From NCBI RefSeq assembly GCF_009914755.1, contig NC_060927.1: a DNA stretch of 64,000 nt, one strand, 5' to 3'. Positions 12,344 to 24,314 of the stretch are shown here, piece by piece. How positions within the stretch are numbered: the stretch's first letter is position 1; each line of letters opens with the position of its first letter. The position numbers and the translations under genes were made by a program. Source of the DNA: the human T2T-CHM13v2.0 reference genome, Homo sapiens. Below the pieces are notes generated by a model that was given only the letters and a program-made list of their open reading frames with translations, had not been told where the DNA came from and made no database searches.

Positions 12344-13560
12344 CCCCTTCCTTACACCATATACAAAAATTAACACAAGATGGATTAAAGACTTAAATGT
12401 AAAACCTAAAACTATAAAAAAACCTAAAAGAAAATCTAGGCAATATGATTCAAGACATAAGCATGGACAAAGATTTCATGACAAAGACACCAAAAGCAAT
12501 TACAACTAATGCAAAAATTGACAAATGGGATCAAATTAAACTAAAAAGCTTCTGCACAGCAAGAGAAACTATCATCAGAATGAAAAGACAACCTACAGAA
12601 TTGGAGAAAATTTTTGAAATCTACCCATCTGACAAAGGTCTAATATCCAATCTACAAGAAAACTTAAACAAATTTATAAGAAAAAACCAAACAACCCCAT
12701 TAAAAAGTAGGCAAAGGACATGAACAGACACTTCTCAAAAGAAGACATACATGTGGCCAACAAACATATTTTTAAAAGATCAATATCACTGATTATTAGA
12801 AAAATGCAAATCAAAACCACAATGAGGTACCATCTCATGCCAATCAATGGCTATTACTAAAATGTCAAAAAAAAAAAAAAAAACAGATGCTAGTGAGGTT
12901 GCAGAGAAAAAGGAACACTTCTACATTGTTATTGGGGGTGTAAATTAGTTTAACCATTGTGGAAGACAGTGTGGCAATTCCTCAAAGACCTAAAAGCAGA
13001 AATACTGTTTGACCCAGCAATCTCGTTACTGGGTATATACCCAAATGAATATAAATCACTGTATTATAAAGATACATGCATGCCTATGTTCATTCCAGCA
13101 CTATTCACAATAGCGAAGACATGGAATCAATCCAAATGTCCATCAATGATAAACTGGGTAAAGAAAATGTGGTACATATACACCATAGAATACTGTGCAG
13201 CCACGTAAAGGAATGAGATCATGTCCTTTGCAGGGGACATGGATGGAGTTGGAAGCCATTATCCTTAGCAAACTAATGTCGGAACAGAAAACCAAACACC
13301 ACATGTTTTCACTTATAACTGGGAGCTGAATGATGAGAACACATGGACACAGGGAGGGGAACCACACACACTAGGGCCTGTTGAAGGCCGGTGTGAGGAG
13401 AGGGAGAGCATCAGGAGGAATAACTAATGGACGCTGTTCTTAATACATAGGTGATGGGATGATCTGTGCAGCAAGCCATTGTGGCATAAGTTTACCTACA
13501 TAACAAATGTGCACATCGTGTACATGTACCTCTGAACTTAAAAGGTAAAATAAAATTAAT
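12344..13560 (+). mobile_element. L1PA10-13-like ORF2 3' end and 3' UTR
   Basis: ORFs 12445-12723 and 12957-13208 are L1 ORF2 C-terminus. The 3' UTR contains gggatgatctgtgcagc..tgaacttaaaa. Confidence 0.93.
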
Positions 13561-13785
13561 ATGCTAAAAAATAAATAACTAAATTCATGTGTTATATTCT
13601 CTGTTAAAAAAAGTTATGTATGCTCATAGAAAAATGAAAGAGTATAAACAGTATAAAGATTCATTTGTTCATATATAGTCAAAATGTAGACTGAATAAGT
13701 GAAATTTTGATTATTTTGTTCTTACTTTTTTTCTATGGACATATAGATGCATGCATACTTTCTGACATATATCTATGTATATAAT

Positions 13786-13787
<2 letters not shown>

Positions 13788-13829
<42 letters not shown>
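13788..13829. repeat. (AC)21 microsatellite
   Basis: Pure AC run. Confidence 0.97.
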
Positions 13830-13831
<2 letters not shown>

Positions 13832-14009
13832 CTTATTGTGTTTCTGCCTGAAAACATTTCCAGAGTACTTTCCTATGTCTTTATATACATTTTGAAAACA
13901 TTTATTAATCTTTAATTTTCCCTTCATAAAGGATGATGCTCAAACTTAGTTTTAAGTTATCAACTCCTTGCTGGACATTTCGACCTTGACAATCTTCTTC
14001 CACCCACTT

Positions 14010-15095
14010 TAATTTAATAGGTCCCAAACTGTTCTCACCTCCTTCTGGAATATTTTTATTTTACTATCCCAATCTCCCTGTTAATGGTACTGAAATTCTT
14101 TGGGTAATGTAGTTTAACAATTTTAGAATTATCTTGCATTTTTCTCACGCCTTTACCCTGTTTCCAATTGCTCATTATGCCCCAGTGGTATGATCTTGCC
14201 AATGCAATCATTTCATCTTTCTACACAATTGCCTTTGAACAAACCTATAAGATAGAGCCTGTATCAGAAAAGTACTTATTCTGTTACTGTGGACACCACT
14301 TCCACCTTCCATTGTCACCTCCCTAGTTTAGGCAACCATAATCCTCCTTGGGATTATGAAGATATTCTTTTAAACAGACTCCAACTTAAACCAAGGCGAG
14401 CTGAAAAGTCCGTGAGGAGCTATAGAATATCAGCAGTGAAGAAAGCTTTCATCTGAGAAAGAAAATGAGGCTTAGGGAGACTGAGTAATTTTCCCCAAAT
14501 CAAGTAAGTATAAGTAGCACTAGAACCCAGGTGTCCTAACTCCTAGAGTTCTTTCAATTCCATTATATCTTCTCCAGAGCTTTCTTGGTGTGTGCCAAGT
14601 AAACACCCAAAGCTTTAGCTAGCAATTCAAATCCTTCCATAGCCTGACTCCCAGTTTACACTTCCAGCTGACCTCTCATTGTCCTTTGAACAAGGACTTA
14701 ATTCTACCTGTATGGCTCCTGCCACTCTACCTGCCTGGAATGGCATCTTGGCCTCACCATCCCCTGCCCATGGCCACCTCTGTTGGTTGAAAGGCTTCTC
14801 ATGAGGCAAAACCAAGATGTACCCTAGCTATTTCAATCAAGCTTTTCTTGAAGCTTCCTGTCGAGATGACATATGTTCTATCCTCTAAACTCCAAAGCAC
14901 TGGAGTGTACTGTAGTTATCGCGTCATAATAATATATCTTTTCCATAAAAGTATAGATTTCAACATCCCTACTAAGTTCTAGGCTCCCTAAGGGCAGTGA
15001 TAGCTAGTTCTTAATCCTTTTTTCATTCAAAGCAAGCAAAACACAGCCTTATGTGTAGTTCAGGATTGTGAAATATCTTTTAGATCAATGAAATT
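14010..15095 (+). mobile_element. Fragmented L2 with a MIR piece at about 14450-14565
   Basis: gtcccaaact..; tctacctgcctggaatg; aagttctaggctccctaagggcag. Confidence 0.5.
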
Positions 15096-16149
15096 ATCTT
15101 ATCTAAGTCATTTTATCTGTTTAGATAAAGGTACTAATTATAAATATTATCACAAATAAAAAAGTCTAATTGTATGAAAATTATGACAAAATTACTAAGT
15201 TAACTAATTTTTGATATTCCATGTTAGGGTGTGCACACCACAGAGAAGGCATAACATTGGAGGTGAGAAGTAAATATTAGAATTTTTACTTATATTTATT
15301 TTTCTCTTTATATTTTAAAAGTTGATATTTCTTATGCAAAATGTATAGTGCATATAAGTTATTACTAAACAACTACATGTAGGTAGATAACTACAAATGA
15401 ATAAATATGCATATATATTAGAATATGAAGTCAAAAATTGTATTGTTGGGTTGAGATACAATCAAGATGTACAGAGAGGAGTTCCATTTCTGGCAATGGT
15501 TAATTAAACTGTTCTGGACAACCCTCTTGTTGTCCCCAGATTATAACCTAAACTGTTATTGTTTTCCCAAAATAGCTTGCTGTAACTAAAATCAGAGAAG
15601 TTTTCTTGTTGTCTGGTATTCAAAATAAATATTATGTGTACTTGCCTAAATTGTGATATTGATTTCCATCTTTAAGAAAAAAAACAAACTCCATAATGAT
15701 ATGAAGCTTTGAGCTGATCTTTATCGTGGGTCTAATCATATTTTGCTGGTTTGTGCCAGATGAACCAGGAAATTGGGAAATGTATTGGCTCCTTTCCTGA
15801 CCTGAAGGTGCTTCTTGTGAGTGGACGACATGGCTGCCTCAGCCAAATATAGGGCACTAAAATTTTATTTCTATACATAATCAGTTTCCAGATGCACACT
15901 GTTGTGAGCCAATATCATCACCCCCTATGCATCATAATTAGGGATAGTCAATAATTAGTGAGCAAAAACTGTCAAAAATCTACTTGTACATTCTTAAAAA
16001 TTGTTTAAGGTGTTTTTTTCCTGGATAGAAATATATATGTAGATTTTTTCAACTGATGATTAATGTTACATTTTATGAGATAGATATTGAAGCAACCTGT
16101 TTATTTTATGTCATCTATTATAACAATGTAAATTTGCCTTTAACTTTGA

Positions 16150-17050
16150 ATGAGCAATACATTCATATAGTTAAATACTTAAAATGTAGAAGAATTTACA
16201 GTGAAAAAAAAATCTTTCTTCCAACTCTGACCCCAGTTTTCAAGTTTCCTTTCCGACTAGGAATCAATATAATTAGTTTTTAAGGCATCCTTCATGAGAT
16301 ATTTTATGCAAATATGGGAAATGTTAGTATATATATTTTTGCTTTTCTTGAGCAAATAGTATCATATTATGTGCGTTTGTTTAGACTGTGCTTTTTTGAG
16401 ATATTTTTACGTCACTACATATATGAGCAGCTCAGTCTTTCCTTTTTCTTTGCTTTTCCTCAGATTTATATTATTTATCTATATGAATTCAGTACACTAT
16501 TTTTTAACCAATATTTTGTTGATGAACACTTAGACATCTATAGTCTTTTGTTTTAAAAAATAAATTTGCAGTAAATTATCTTGTTACCAGAGGTACATCT
16601 GCAGGATAATTTCTTAAAAGTTGCTTTCTTGGGTCAGACGGCAGGTACATTTGTGATACAGAAAGCCATAGGCAGTTTACCCTCCATTGTGGCCTCCCCT
16701 ATTTCCAGTCCTATAAGCAACATATGTAGTTCCTGCTTTCTTGAAGTTTTGTCCCTAGAGGACATTACCAAACATTTGGATGTTTGCCAGTGTTACGTGT
16801 AAAAACTGGTATCGCAGCCTAGCTTTAATGCACATTGCTCTTCTTTTGACTGAGGTTGAGTCATTCTTATGTATTTAAGAATCATTTGTATTTTTTCCTT
16901 CAGGACCTGTCTCTTCATAAACTGCCCATTTTTAATTGAATTTTTTCCTAATTGTAGATGTCCTTTTTCTTCTCTTTTTTGTGTATATGAGTGTGTGTAT
17001 ATGAAATAAATCCTTTTTCTGTGTATGAATTGCAATTTTTTTCTAGTTTT
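16150..17050 (-). mobile_element. Old L1M (L1ME/MC-like) 3' region
   Basis: tttgttgatgaacacttagac..gaggttgagtcattcttatgtatttaaga..tgcccattttt. Confidence 0.65.
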
Positions 17051-17580
17051 ATTTCTGTTTATTTCATCTGAAACAGTGCAATTTTAAGCCACCACCTTCC
17101 TAAATTTCAGTCAATCTAAAAATGAGAAATTCAACTAAAGGGAAGAAAAATTTGAAATAATTTTTTGAAAGATTTTTTTTCACTGTAAATTCTTCTACAT
17201 ATTGAAGAGAATGATACATTTTCATAAAGAGTAAGTTAAAAATGACATGGAGTTTATGAAATTTCTTATTTAACAGATGAGGACATTATGAAATAATATA
17301 AATCTGAGGAAAAGCGAAAAAAGAAAGACTGAGCTGCTCCTATATGTACTGATGTAAAAATATCTCAAAAATGCACAGTCTAAACGAACGCACATAATAT
17401 GATACTATTTTCTCAAGAAAAGCAAAAATATATATACTAACATTTGCCCGTATTTGCATAAAATATCTCATGAAGGATGCCTTAAAAACTAATTATATTG
17501 ATTCCTAGTCGGAAAGGAAACTTGAAAACTGGGGTCAGAGTTGGAAGAAAGATTTTTTTTCATTGTAAATTCTTCTACAT
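16184..17580. repeat. Inverted repeat: 16184-16476 versus 17291-17580 (~290 bp arms, ~96% identical)
   Basis: Base-by-base reverse-complement comparison gives about 12 differences. 17451-17560 matches perfectly. Confidence 0.97.
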
Positions 17581-17670
17581 ATTGAAGAGAATGATAAATT
17601 TTCATAAAGAATAAGTTAAAAATGACATGGAGTTTATGAAATTTCTTATTTAACATATGAGGACATTATG
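17167..17670 (+). repeat. Direct repeat: 17167-17290 versus 17547-17670 (124 bp, 4 mismatches)
   Basis: gaaagattttttttca..gaggacattatg occurs twice, 380 bp apart. Confidence 0.97.
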
Positions 17671-17732
17671 GCTCAAAGATATTAAGTGTCATACACAGTC
17701 ATACAAAGTGGTGAGATATTATGCAGCAGGCA

Positions 17733-18270
17733 TTGTTAGTCACCAACACAAGGCCATTCCACTTAAATTTTTGGGTGTCCCCCTCTACCTCACTGACTCA
17801 GAGCTAATCTAGACTGGCTTCAGCCAATCATGCAACCCCAATCCCTTTGCCAGTGATCAGTTTAAGAAGGGGTATGTGAATTGATGTAGTAACTGACTAA
17901 TGAAATGGGAGGCAAAGTCTGCTGAAGGGGTTCTTCTAAAGGATCTCTGGCTCATGAAAACAGAGACACAGGACAGACACCCTCCTTTTTTTGGTCTGCA
18001 CATTCCTTTGGGATTTGATGCCTTAAACTGAGGCAGCCACCTTGTCACCATGAGGAGCACTAGACTGAAGGGAAACCAGGATGATAAGAGTGGCAGAGCA
18101 GAAAGGTGGAAATCGCTGGAGTTCTTGTTAATGTTACTGAGCTGCTGAATTAACCAATTTTGGAAACTTCCTGGCCTGGATGTCTAGTTATGTGAGATGA
18201 TAATTCCTCATTATTTTGGCTAGTTGAGTTGATGTTTTCTATCACTTGGAGCTTAAAGCTTTCTGACACA
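17733..18270 (+). mobile_element. MLT1 (K/L-like) LTR
   Basis: agccaatcatg..ctttgccagtgat..gcagccaccttgtcaccatgagg..atcacttggagc. Confidence 0.72.
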
Positions 18271-18591
18271 ACCCAGAACTTAAATCTCCCATTCCATGCC
18301 AAGTGAAGTTTTTAATATGCCATGGTCTTTGCACGTAAATATCAGATACTTATTTTGATGGTGAAATGTGTTGAAGCAGTATAAAAGCAGTATCAAATGT
18401 AGAAATACATATTTAAAAAGTTAAAGAAAATGCAAAGTACTTTTCCATGATCTCTCTTCAGGTTGACTAAGTCACTTGTTCTTTATTGTAATTATTTTTC
18501 AAATGTATAGAAAAGTTTTGCTTGTTTATCAGAGGTATTTGTGACATTGAAGTCAAAGATGGTCCTGATGTTTTAATTTGTGCTCACTTAC

Positions 18592-18645
18592 AGTAAAAGA
18601 GCATGCCTGTGCATTTTTCATCATTCCCTTCTTCTTTTCTGAACC
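18592..18645 (-). pseudogene. CNBD1-like exon remnant G (acceptor lost, abuts L1)
   Basis: Donor ACT|gtaagt. Reads FRKEEGNDEKCTGMLFY plus T (phase 1) and joins exon H in frame. Its 5' side runs directly into L1 ORF2 sequence. Confidence 0.7.
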
Positions 18646-18673
18646 TCCTTGAATTCATTTATTAATTTCTAAC

Positions 18674-18709
<36 letters not shown>

Positions 18710-19112
18710 CTTTAGGGTTTTCTATATGTGAGATTATATCATCCACAAACAGAGATAATTTTACTTATTTCTTTCTAGTTTGAATGCATTTTATTTACTT
18801 ATTTTGCCTAATTGTTGTAGCTTACATTTTCAGTCCAGTGTTGAATGGAAGTAGCAAAGCAAATATTCTTGCCTTTTCCCTGATCTTAAAGAAAATGCTT
18901 TCAGCATTTTATCATTGAGTATGTTCACTGTGGGTGTTTCATATATGGGTTTTTTGTTTACATGATATTCTTCTATTCCCAGTTTGTTTATTGTTTTTCT
19001 ATCATAAAAAGGTGTTGAATTTTGTCAAATGCTTTTTTTTCTGCATCAATTGAGATGATGATTTTTTGCCTTCATTCTGTAATGTGGTATAGTACATTGA
19101 TTGGTTTTCATA
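18646..19112 (-). mobile_element. L1M ORF2 internal fragment with a (TG)n tract at about 18676-18707
   Basis: tttagggttttctatat..atcatccacaaacagagataattttact..tgttgaattttgtcaaatgctttt. Confidence 0.88.
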
Positions 19113-19119
19113 TGGGGTA

Positions 19120-19745
19120 TATAAAGTAAGACCTCTCTGTGTAGCACTCAAAGCCCTCCAAATCCAGCTCAACTTAACTCTCCAACCGTATTTCTCATAT
19201 ATCTCTTGATTCATTCTTTATGCCAGCACACCTGAGGTAATGCCCCTCCTCCTCTCAAGACCTCACCTATCCTTGCCATTGTGCTCTCCTCTCCTTGTTA
19301 CTTTCTTTCCGGGCGGGGCACAGCTTTGAGCCTGTGCTTAAGTCCAAATCCCATCCCTCCTATCTCCAATTCCACCTCCTTTATGAAATCTTCTGTAATA
19401 TCCCCTTTTTCTGCTCTCAACCCAGGAGAGGTATTGCTCCTTATTCCGGACTGCCATAGCATTTTGTTTTAGCCTCTTTAACACATTGATGCCTTGCATT
19501 TATCTTTATTGTTTTAATCTGCTTCTCTTCTGGCTACTTTCTTCTGATTTTTAAATATTTCTAATTTGCAAGTATGACTTTAAAATGGAAATATCCAAAT
19601 AATCTTGAATTCCTTGACTAGACTCTAAGTTCCTTGAGAGACTATTCATATTTCTTTTAATGTTATAACTTTCCAGTAGTGCTAGGCACTTCCAGTGAGA
19701 TTTGCCCACAAGGCATAGCAAATATTTGTAAAATAAATAAATATG
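19120..19745 (+). mobile_element. L2 fragments
   Basis: cactcaaagccctcc; ctagactctaagttccttgag..gtgctaggcac..aaatatttg. Confidence 0.6.
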
Positions 19746-19871
19746 TTGGATACATTGTCATTCATCTCCTCGAATACTACTTTTCTGCTTGTATGTCTAT
19801 GTGTCAATTCAACTAGTCAATAAATCTCAAGAATGGTTCCTCAGAGTTCAGAAGCAAGGAGTCAATCATAC

Positions 19872-20025
19872 TTCATAATTCCTCAAAAAGAAAAAGGTTT
19901 CAATAGTGTTGGGTAATGTTAGTTGGAGTAACTACAGCTACCATTCTTGTTAGCCATAGTGAAATCTGATCGTTAAAGTTGAAATTTTTTTCATAACCAC
20001 TGCCCTACATCTGTCCTATTTGTTC
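19872..20025 (-). pseudogene. CNBD1-like exon remnant F (154 nt, four stops)
   Basis: Acceptor tataatctcccag and donor GAA|gtatga. Its phase-2 start matches exon E. Reads NK*DRCRAVVMKKISTLTIRFHYG*QEW*L*LLQLTLPNTIETFFFLRNYE. Confidence 0.68.
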
Positions 20026-20259
20026 CTGGGAGATTATAGCAGAACATATACCTACATATCTATAAAGTCACTGCGTCTTATTAGCTTTTAGGGTGGAAGG
20101 TAGGTTTACAATTATTTTGCTTTCAATGGACTGATCATAATGTGCTTAAAATGTACCTACTGTCATAGTAATATAATTAATTTCTATTATAGATTATATT
20201 ACAATTTATATTCAATTCTAGATTCTAAGTTTCTTTTGGGCAAGAATATTTATTTTCCC

Positions 20260-20745
20260 TGTGTCAATTCAGGGACTCCAGGAAACAGAAGCTAAGAACA
20301 GAAGCAAGTGCTGGAGATTTACTGAGAGGTTACACTTGTGGAAGATGAAGTGTAGCAGGCACAAGAGTTGGCAGGAAAGCCTTCAGATCAGGATGTACTA
20401 CTTCTATAGCAAGTACTATGACTTGAGAGTGGGTAGGAGCAGGGATTGAGTGTGAAGAGCCTTATGCTATGATACAGCTGCACGTCTTGCTCTCAAACTA
20501 ATGAGAAGCTCTGGTGCAAAGATGTCCCGTAGAGAAGGTATATATTTTGCAGAAATGGCTGGGCCCTAGCACCGCCACCACACTTATTCATTGGCTGGAA
20601 ACTTCCCGGTGAGAGCAGCTGTGGCTTGAAGACTGTAGTAGGTCAAAAAGGTACTGCATTAGGGTGCTGTCAGCTACCTGTACTTCTTGCAGCAAGTTCT
20701 TTCTTGAAGGAAAAGCCAAGCAGCTCCACTCATGGCTGCCACAGC
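20260..20745 (-). mobile_element. LTR16-like ERVL LTR
   Basis: gcaagtgctggagatttactgagag..gaaagccttcagat..cattggctggaaacttccc. Confidence 0.55.
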
Positions 20746-20896
20746 AAGCATGATACAACATATGAACTTGTAAAGAGTAGAACTGTGTTTAATAAAATGA
20801 GTGTATACATTTAAAGCAGTTTTTTTTTCTGTGCTTCTATCAATGTACATGCTATGGCCCATTTATAGATGAGCATGTCTTTCCATGAATAAATAT

Positions 20897-21296
20897 TGCC
20901 TTAGACCATTCCTGCTGCTATAACAAAATACCACAGACTGGGTATTATAAGCAGCAGAAATTTATTCCTCACTATTCTGGAGGCTGGAAAGCCCATGATC
21001 ATGGTGTCAGCAGATTTGGTGTCTGGTGAGAGCCTGTTCTATGGATGGCGTTTTCTCCCAGTATCCTGACATGGTGGGAAAGGTGGGAGAGCAGAACGGG
21101 ACAAAGGTTATGTCTTTGCATGGCAGAAGAGATGGAAGGGCCAGGCAGGTCTTTAAACCCTCTTCTAGAAGAGCACTGATGGCATTCATGGGCGTAGAGC
21201 CTTCATGACTTAATGGCCCCACCTCTTATTACCATCAAGTTGGCGTTTAAGTTTCAACATGAATTTTAAAGGGGCACAAACATTCAAACCATAGCA
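20897..21296 (-). mobile_element. MST/MLT1A MaLR solo LTR
   Basis: tgctgctataacaaaataccacagactgggt..aacattcaaaccatagca. Target-site duplication (TSD) aatat/agtat. Confidence 0.9.
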
Positions 21297-21499
21297 AGTA
21301 TTGCTCAAAATCCAAAAATTACCATAGGCAGTGATACATTTTCCCCAAGATTTTCAAGTGCCTTTAAAGTTTGATTGCAAATCATTGACTTTGAATGACT
21401 GAATAATTTTCTTCATTCAGACTGCACCATTATGGAATTTGATTGAAGCTATTCCTAAATTGAAATATGAGCTGAAATGTACACTCTCTTACCTAAAGG

Positions 21500-21740
21500 C
21501 TGGTAATAATAGCTCCAACTTGCTGGCATGTATTGTATGACTGCTGTTTACACTTTATGTATGAGTGTATTCATTGAGCTTTCACCCTGAAAGGTGGGTA
21601 ATGTTATCTAGATTTTATAGGAAAAAAGCTGAAGCTCAATATGGGGAAAACTCTCAAGTCAAGTCACATGTTTAGAAAGTGGCAAAACTTGTGATGGAAC
21701 CAAATCTCTCTTACTCCTTAGCCTGTGGTTTTTCCATTGG
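21500..21740 (-). mobile_element. MIR
   Basis: gattttataggaaaaaagctgaagctca..gtcacatg..aagtggcaaa. Confidence 0.6.
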
Positions 21741-22198
21741 CTGAGATGCCACATGGTTTTCACAAAACTAATTATATACACTGGATACAACTTAAGGTCC
21801 ATGCAAGAAAGGAAAAGAGGAGAGTGAAGTTTTGTTGCACCTTTCTTTATTACTGTATAACTTCAAATATTCTAAAGTTGAAGGCAGCAATCTTTAATTT
21901 CTAGTACATAGGATTTAACTGAAGAATATTAGCAAGGTTTTATTACATATCATGCCAAGTAGAGTAATGTGTACACAAATATAATGAATGCATATTACAA
22001 ATTGTTGTTAAAAGAACTAGTTATATCTTTTTCTTCTGTTTGGATTAACACTTTAAATATTTATGTTTTCCTTTAACAATTTACTATGTTTCTGCTCACC
22101 AGTGGGTCCTTAATATCAGTGGAAAAATTTACTAAGAATGTACAAACGTGTTGTAGATTGTACTTAATGGAATTTAAGGAAATTAAGGATGTTGTGTA

Positions 22199-22400
22199 TA
22201 GAGGGGAACAACACACACTGGGGCCTTTCAGAGGGTAGAGGGTGGGAGAAGAGAGAGGATCGGGAAAAATGACTAATGACTACCAGGCTTAATACCTGGG
22301 TGATGAAATAATCTGTACAACAAACCCCTGGGACACAAGTTTACTTATGTAACAACACTGTACTTTTACTGCTGAACTTAAAATAAAAGGTTTAAAAAAA
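22199..22400 (+). mobile_element. Short L1PA15/16-like 3' end
   Basis: ggcttaatacctgggtgatgaaataatctgtacaacaaacc..acttaaaataaaa. TSD aaggatgttgtgta (22185-22198) / aagaatgttctgta (22399-22412). Confidence 0.9.
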
Positions 22401-23385
22401 GAATGTTCTGTAGAGTATGTTGAATGGAACCACGTCAGGAAATCACTTTACATTTTTAATAATCTGTTAAAAATTATGTCTTTGGAACAGATATTAGCCT
22501 TTTTGTGACCAAGGCAGTTTTAAAAAGTTTTGTGACAAAGGCAGTTTAAAAAAGGGTTGATTACTAGTCAACTCTTAGTATTTTTTATTTTGAAATATTA
22601 TTTGAATTTTTATTTGAAACATTAAACCATGACAGGCAAGTACATTGAATAATATAAGGAACATCTGATACCCACAACAGTGCTCTGTCATATTCAGAGC
22701 AATTTAAAAAAAATTTTAACTATTACAAATGATGCCACCATGTTCATTCCTTCTTGTTTCTTGTTCATAGATAGGAGGGTTTCTCAAGGAGATATATGAA
22801 GAATCAACCGCTGATTTGAAATGAGTGTGCGTATTTAATTTCACTAAATAATACCAAATTTTTCTTTAAAGTAATTTCATTATGCAGGGCATGAGTTACC
22901 TGTTTTCACATTTTTGTTACCACAAAATGGAATTATTAGACTTTCTCTTTCTAATATAACGGATGTGAAATAGCAAAACATTTTCTTACTTTCTTTTCCT
23001 GATTACCAAAGAGGTTGAACAAGTTTTACATTTTTATTGGCCACTCAAGTTTCCTCTTCTGTGAATTGCCTTCTGATGTCCTTTGCCTACTTTTTCATTT
23101 GCTTATTTGTCTTTTCGTTACCAATTTGAAGACATTTAAAAAATATAGATACTATGACTTTGTTATTTCTACCATAACAAATATTTTTCTAGTTTGTCAT
23201 TGTCTAGGGACTTTGTTTACAGTTTCTTTTTGAAGGAACAGTTTCTACCTTTAGGTAACTGAATTTATCAATTTTCCTTTATAGTTTGTGTTTTTGTTGT
23301 GTTTAATAAATTCATTTTTTACTCTGGGACAACAAAAATAGCCTGCACTCTTTTCTAAATGTTTGAAAGTTACATTTCACATTGA

Positions 23386-23436
23386 AGGCTTTAATTCATC
23401 TAGGCTTTAATTCATCTAGGCTTTAATTCATCTAGG
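23386..23436. repeat. Perfect 16-bp tandem repeat x3 (aggctttaattcatct)
   Basis: Read directly from the sequence. Confidence 0.95.
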
Positions 23437-23537
23437 ATTAATTTTTGAAGTGAAGGGACTGGGAATCTATTACTTTTTTGTACATGGATAAATATTTGTC
23501 CCAGCATCACATTTAATAAAGCTCTATCTTGCTACAC

Positions 23538-23937
23538 TGCAGTGGTTAACTTTATGTGTCAACTTGACCAAGCCATGGCACTCAGATATTTAGTCACAGT
23601 ATTCTAGAGGTTTCCATGAAGGTATTTGTTTTTTTGGATGTGATTAACATTTAAGTCATTAGAATATAATTAAAGCAGATTACTTTCCATAATGTGGGTG
23701 GGCCTCATCCAGTTAGCTGAAGGCCTGAATAGAAAGATTGACCTCCCCTGAAGAAGGGGCAATTCTGCCAACAGAATTCCATCAGACTTACACTGCAACT
23801 TTAACTCTTCCCTGGGTCTCAGGCCCACTGATTATCCTGAAGATTTTGACCTTGCCAGCCTTTACGTCTGTGTAAGCAAATTCTATATATACAGATAGAT
23901 AGATAAATGATAGATAGATAGATAAATCTCTAATACA
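23538..23937 (+). mobile_element. MLT2 LTR with a (GATA)n tract at about 23893-23924
   Basis: gtggttaactttatgtgtcaacttgac..ataatgtgggtggcctcatcca..ctaataca. Confidence 0.85.
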
Positions 23938-23958
23938 CTCATTGATTTGTATGCTACA

Positions 23959-24314
23959 TGATATGGTTTAGCTGTGTCCCCATCCAAATCTCATCTTGAA
24001 TTGTAACTCCCACAATTCCCACGTCATGGGAGGAACCTGATGGGAGGTGATTGCATTATGGGGGCAGGTTTTTCCTGCGCTGTTCTCATGATAGCGAATG
24101 AGTCTCATGAGATCTGATGGTTTTAAAAACAGGAGTTTCCCTGCACAAGCTCTCTTCTCTTGTCTGCCACCATGTGAGATGGCCTTTCACCTTCCACTGT
24201 GATTGTGAGGCCTCCCCAGCCACATGGAACTGTAAGTCCAATAAATCTCTTTCTTTTGTAAATTGCCCAGTTTTGGGTATGTCTTTATCAGCAGCATGAA
24301 ACTGGACTCATACA
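23959..24314 (+). mobile_element. THE1 (C/D-like) solo LTR
   Basis: tgatatggtttagctgtgtcccc..ggactcataca. Perfect TSD ctaca at 23954-23958 and 24315-24319. Confidence 0.95.

Noticed and set aside
11890-13367. ORFs with clear protein similarity
   Set aside because: They are broken fragments of L1 ORF2 in a truncated, inverted insertion, not a host gene.
21492-21545. Minus-strand donor with open frame VIQYMPASWSYYYQPL
   Set aside because: It overlaps a MIR and is not needed: exons E and F already join in phase.
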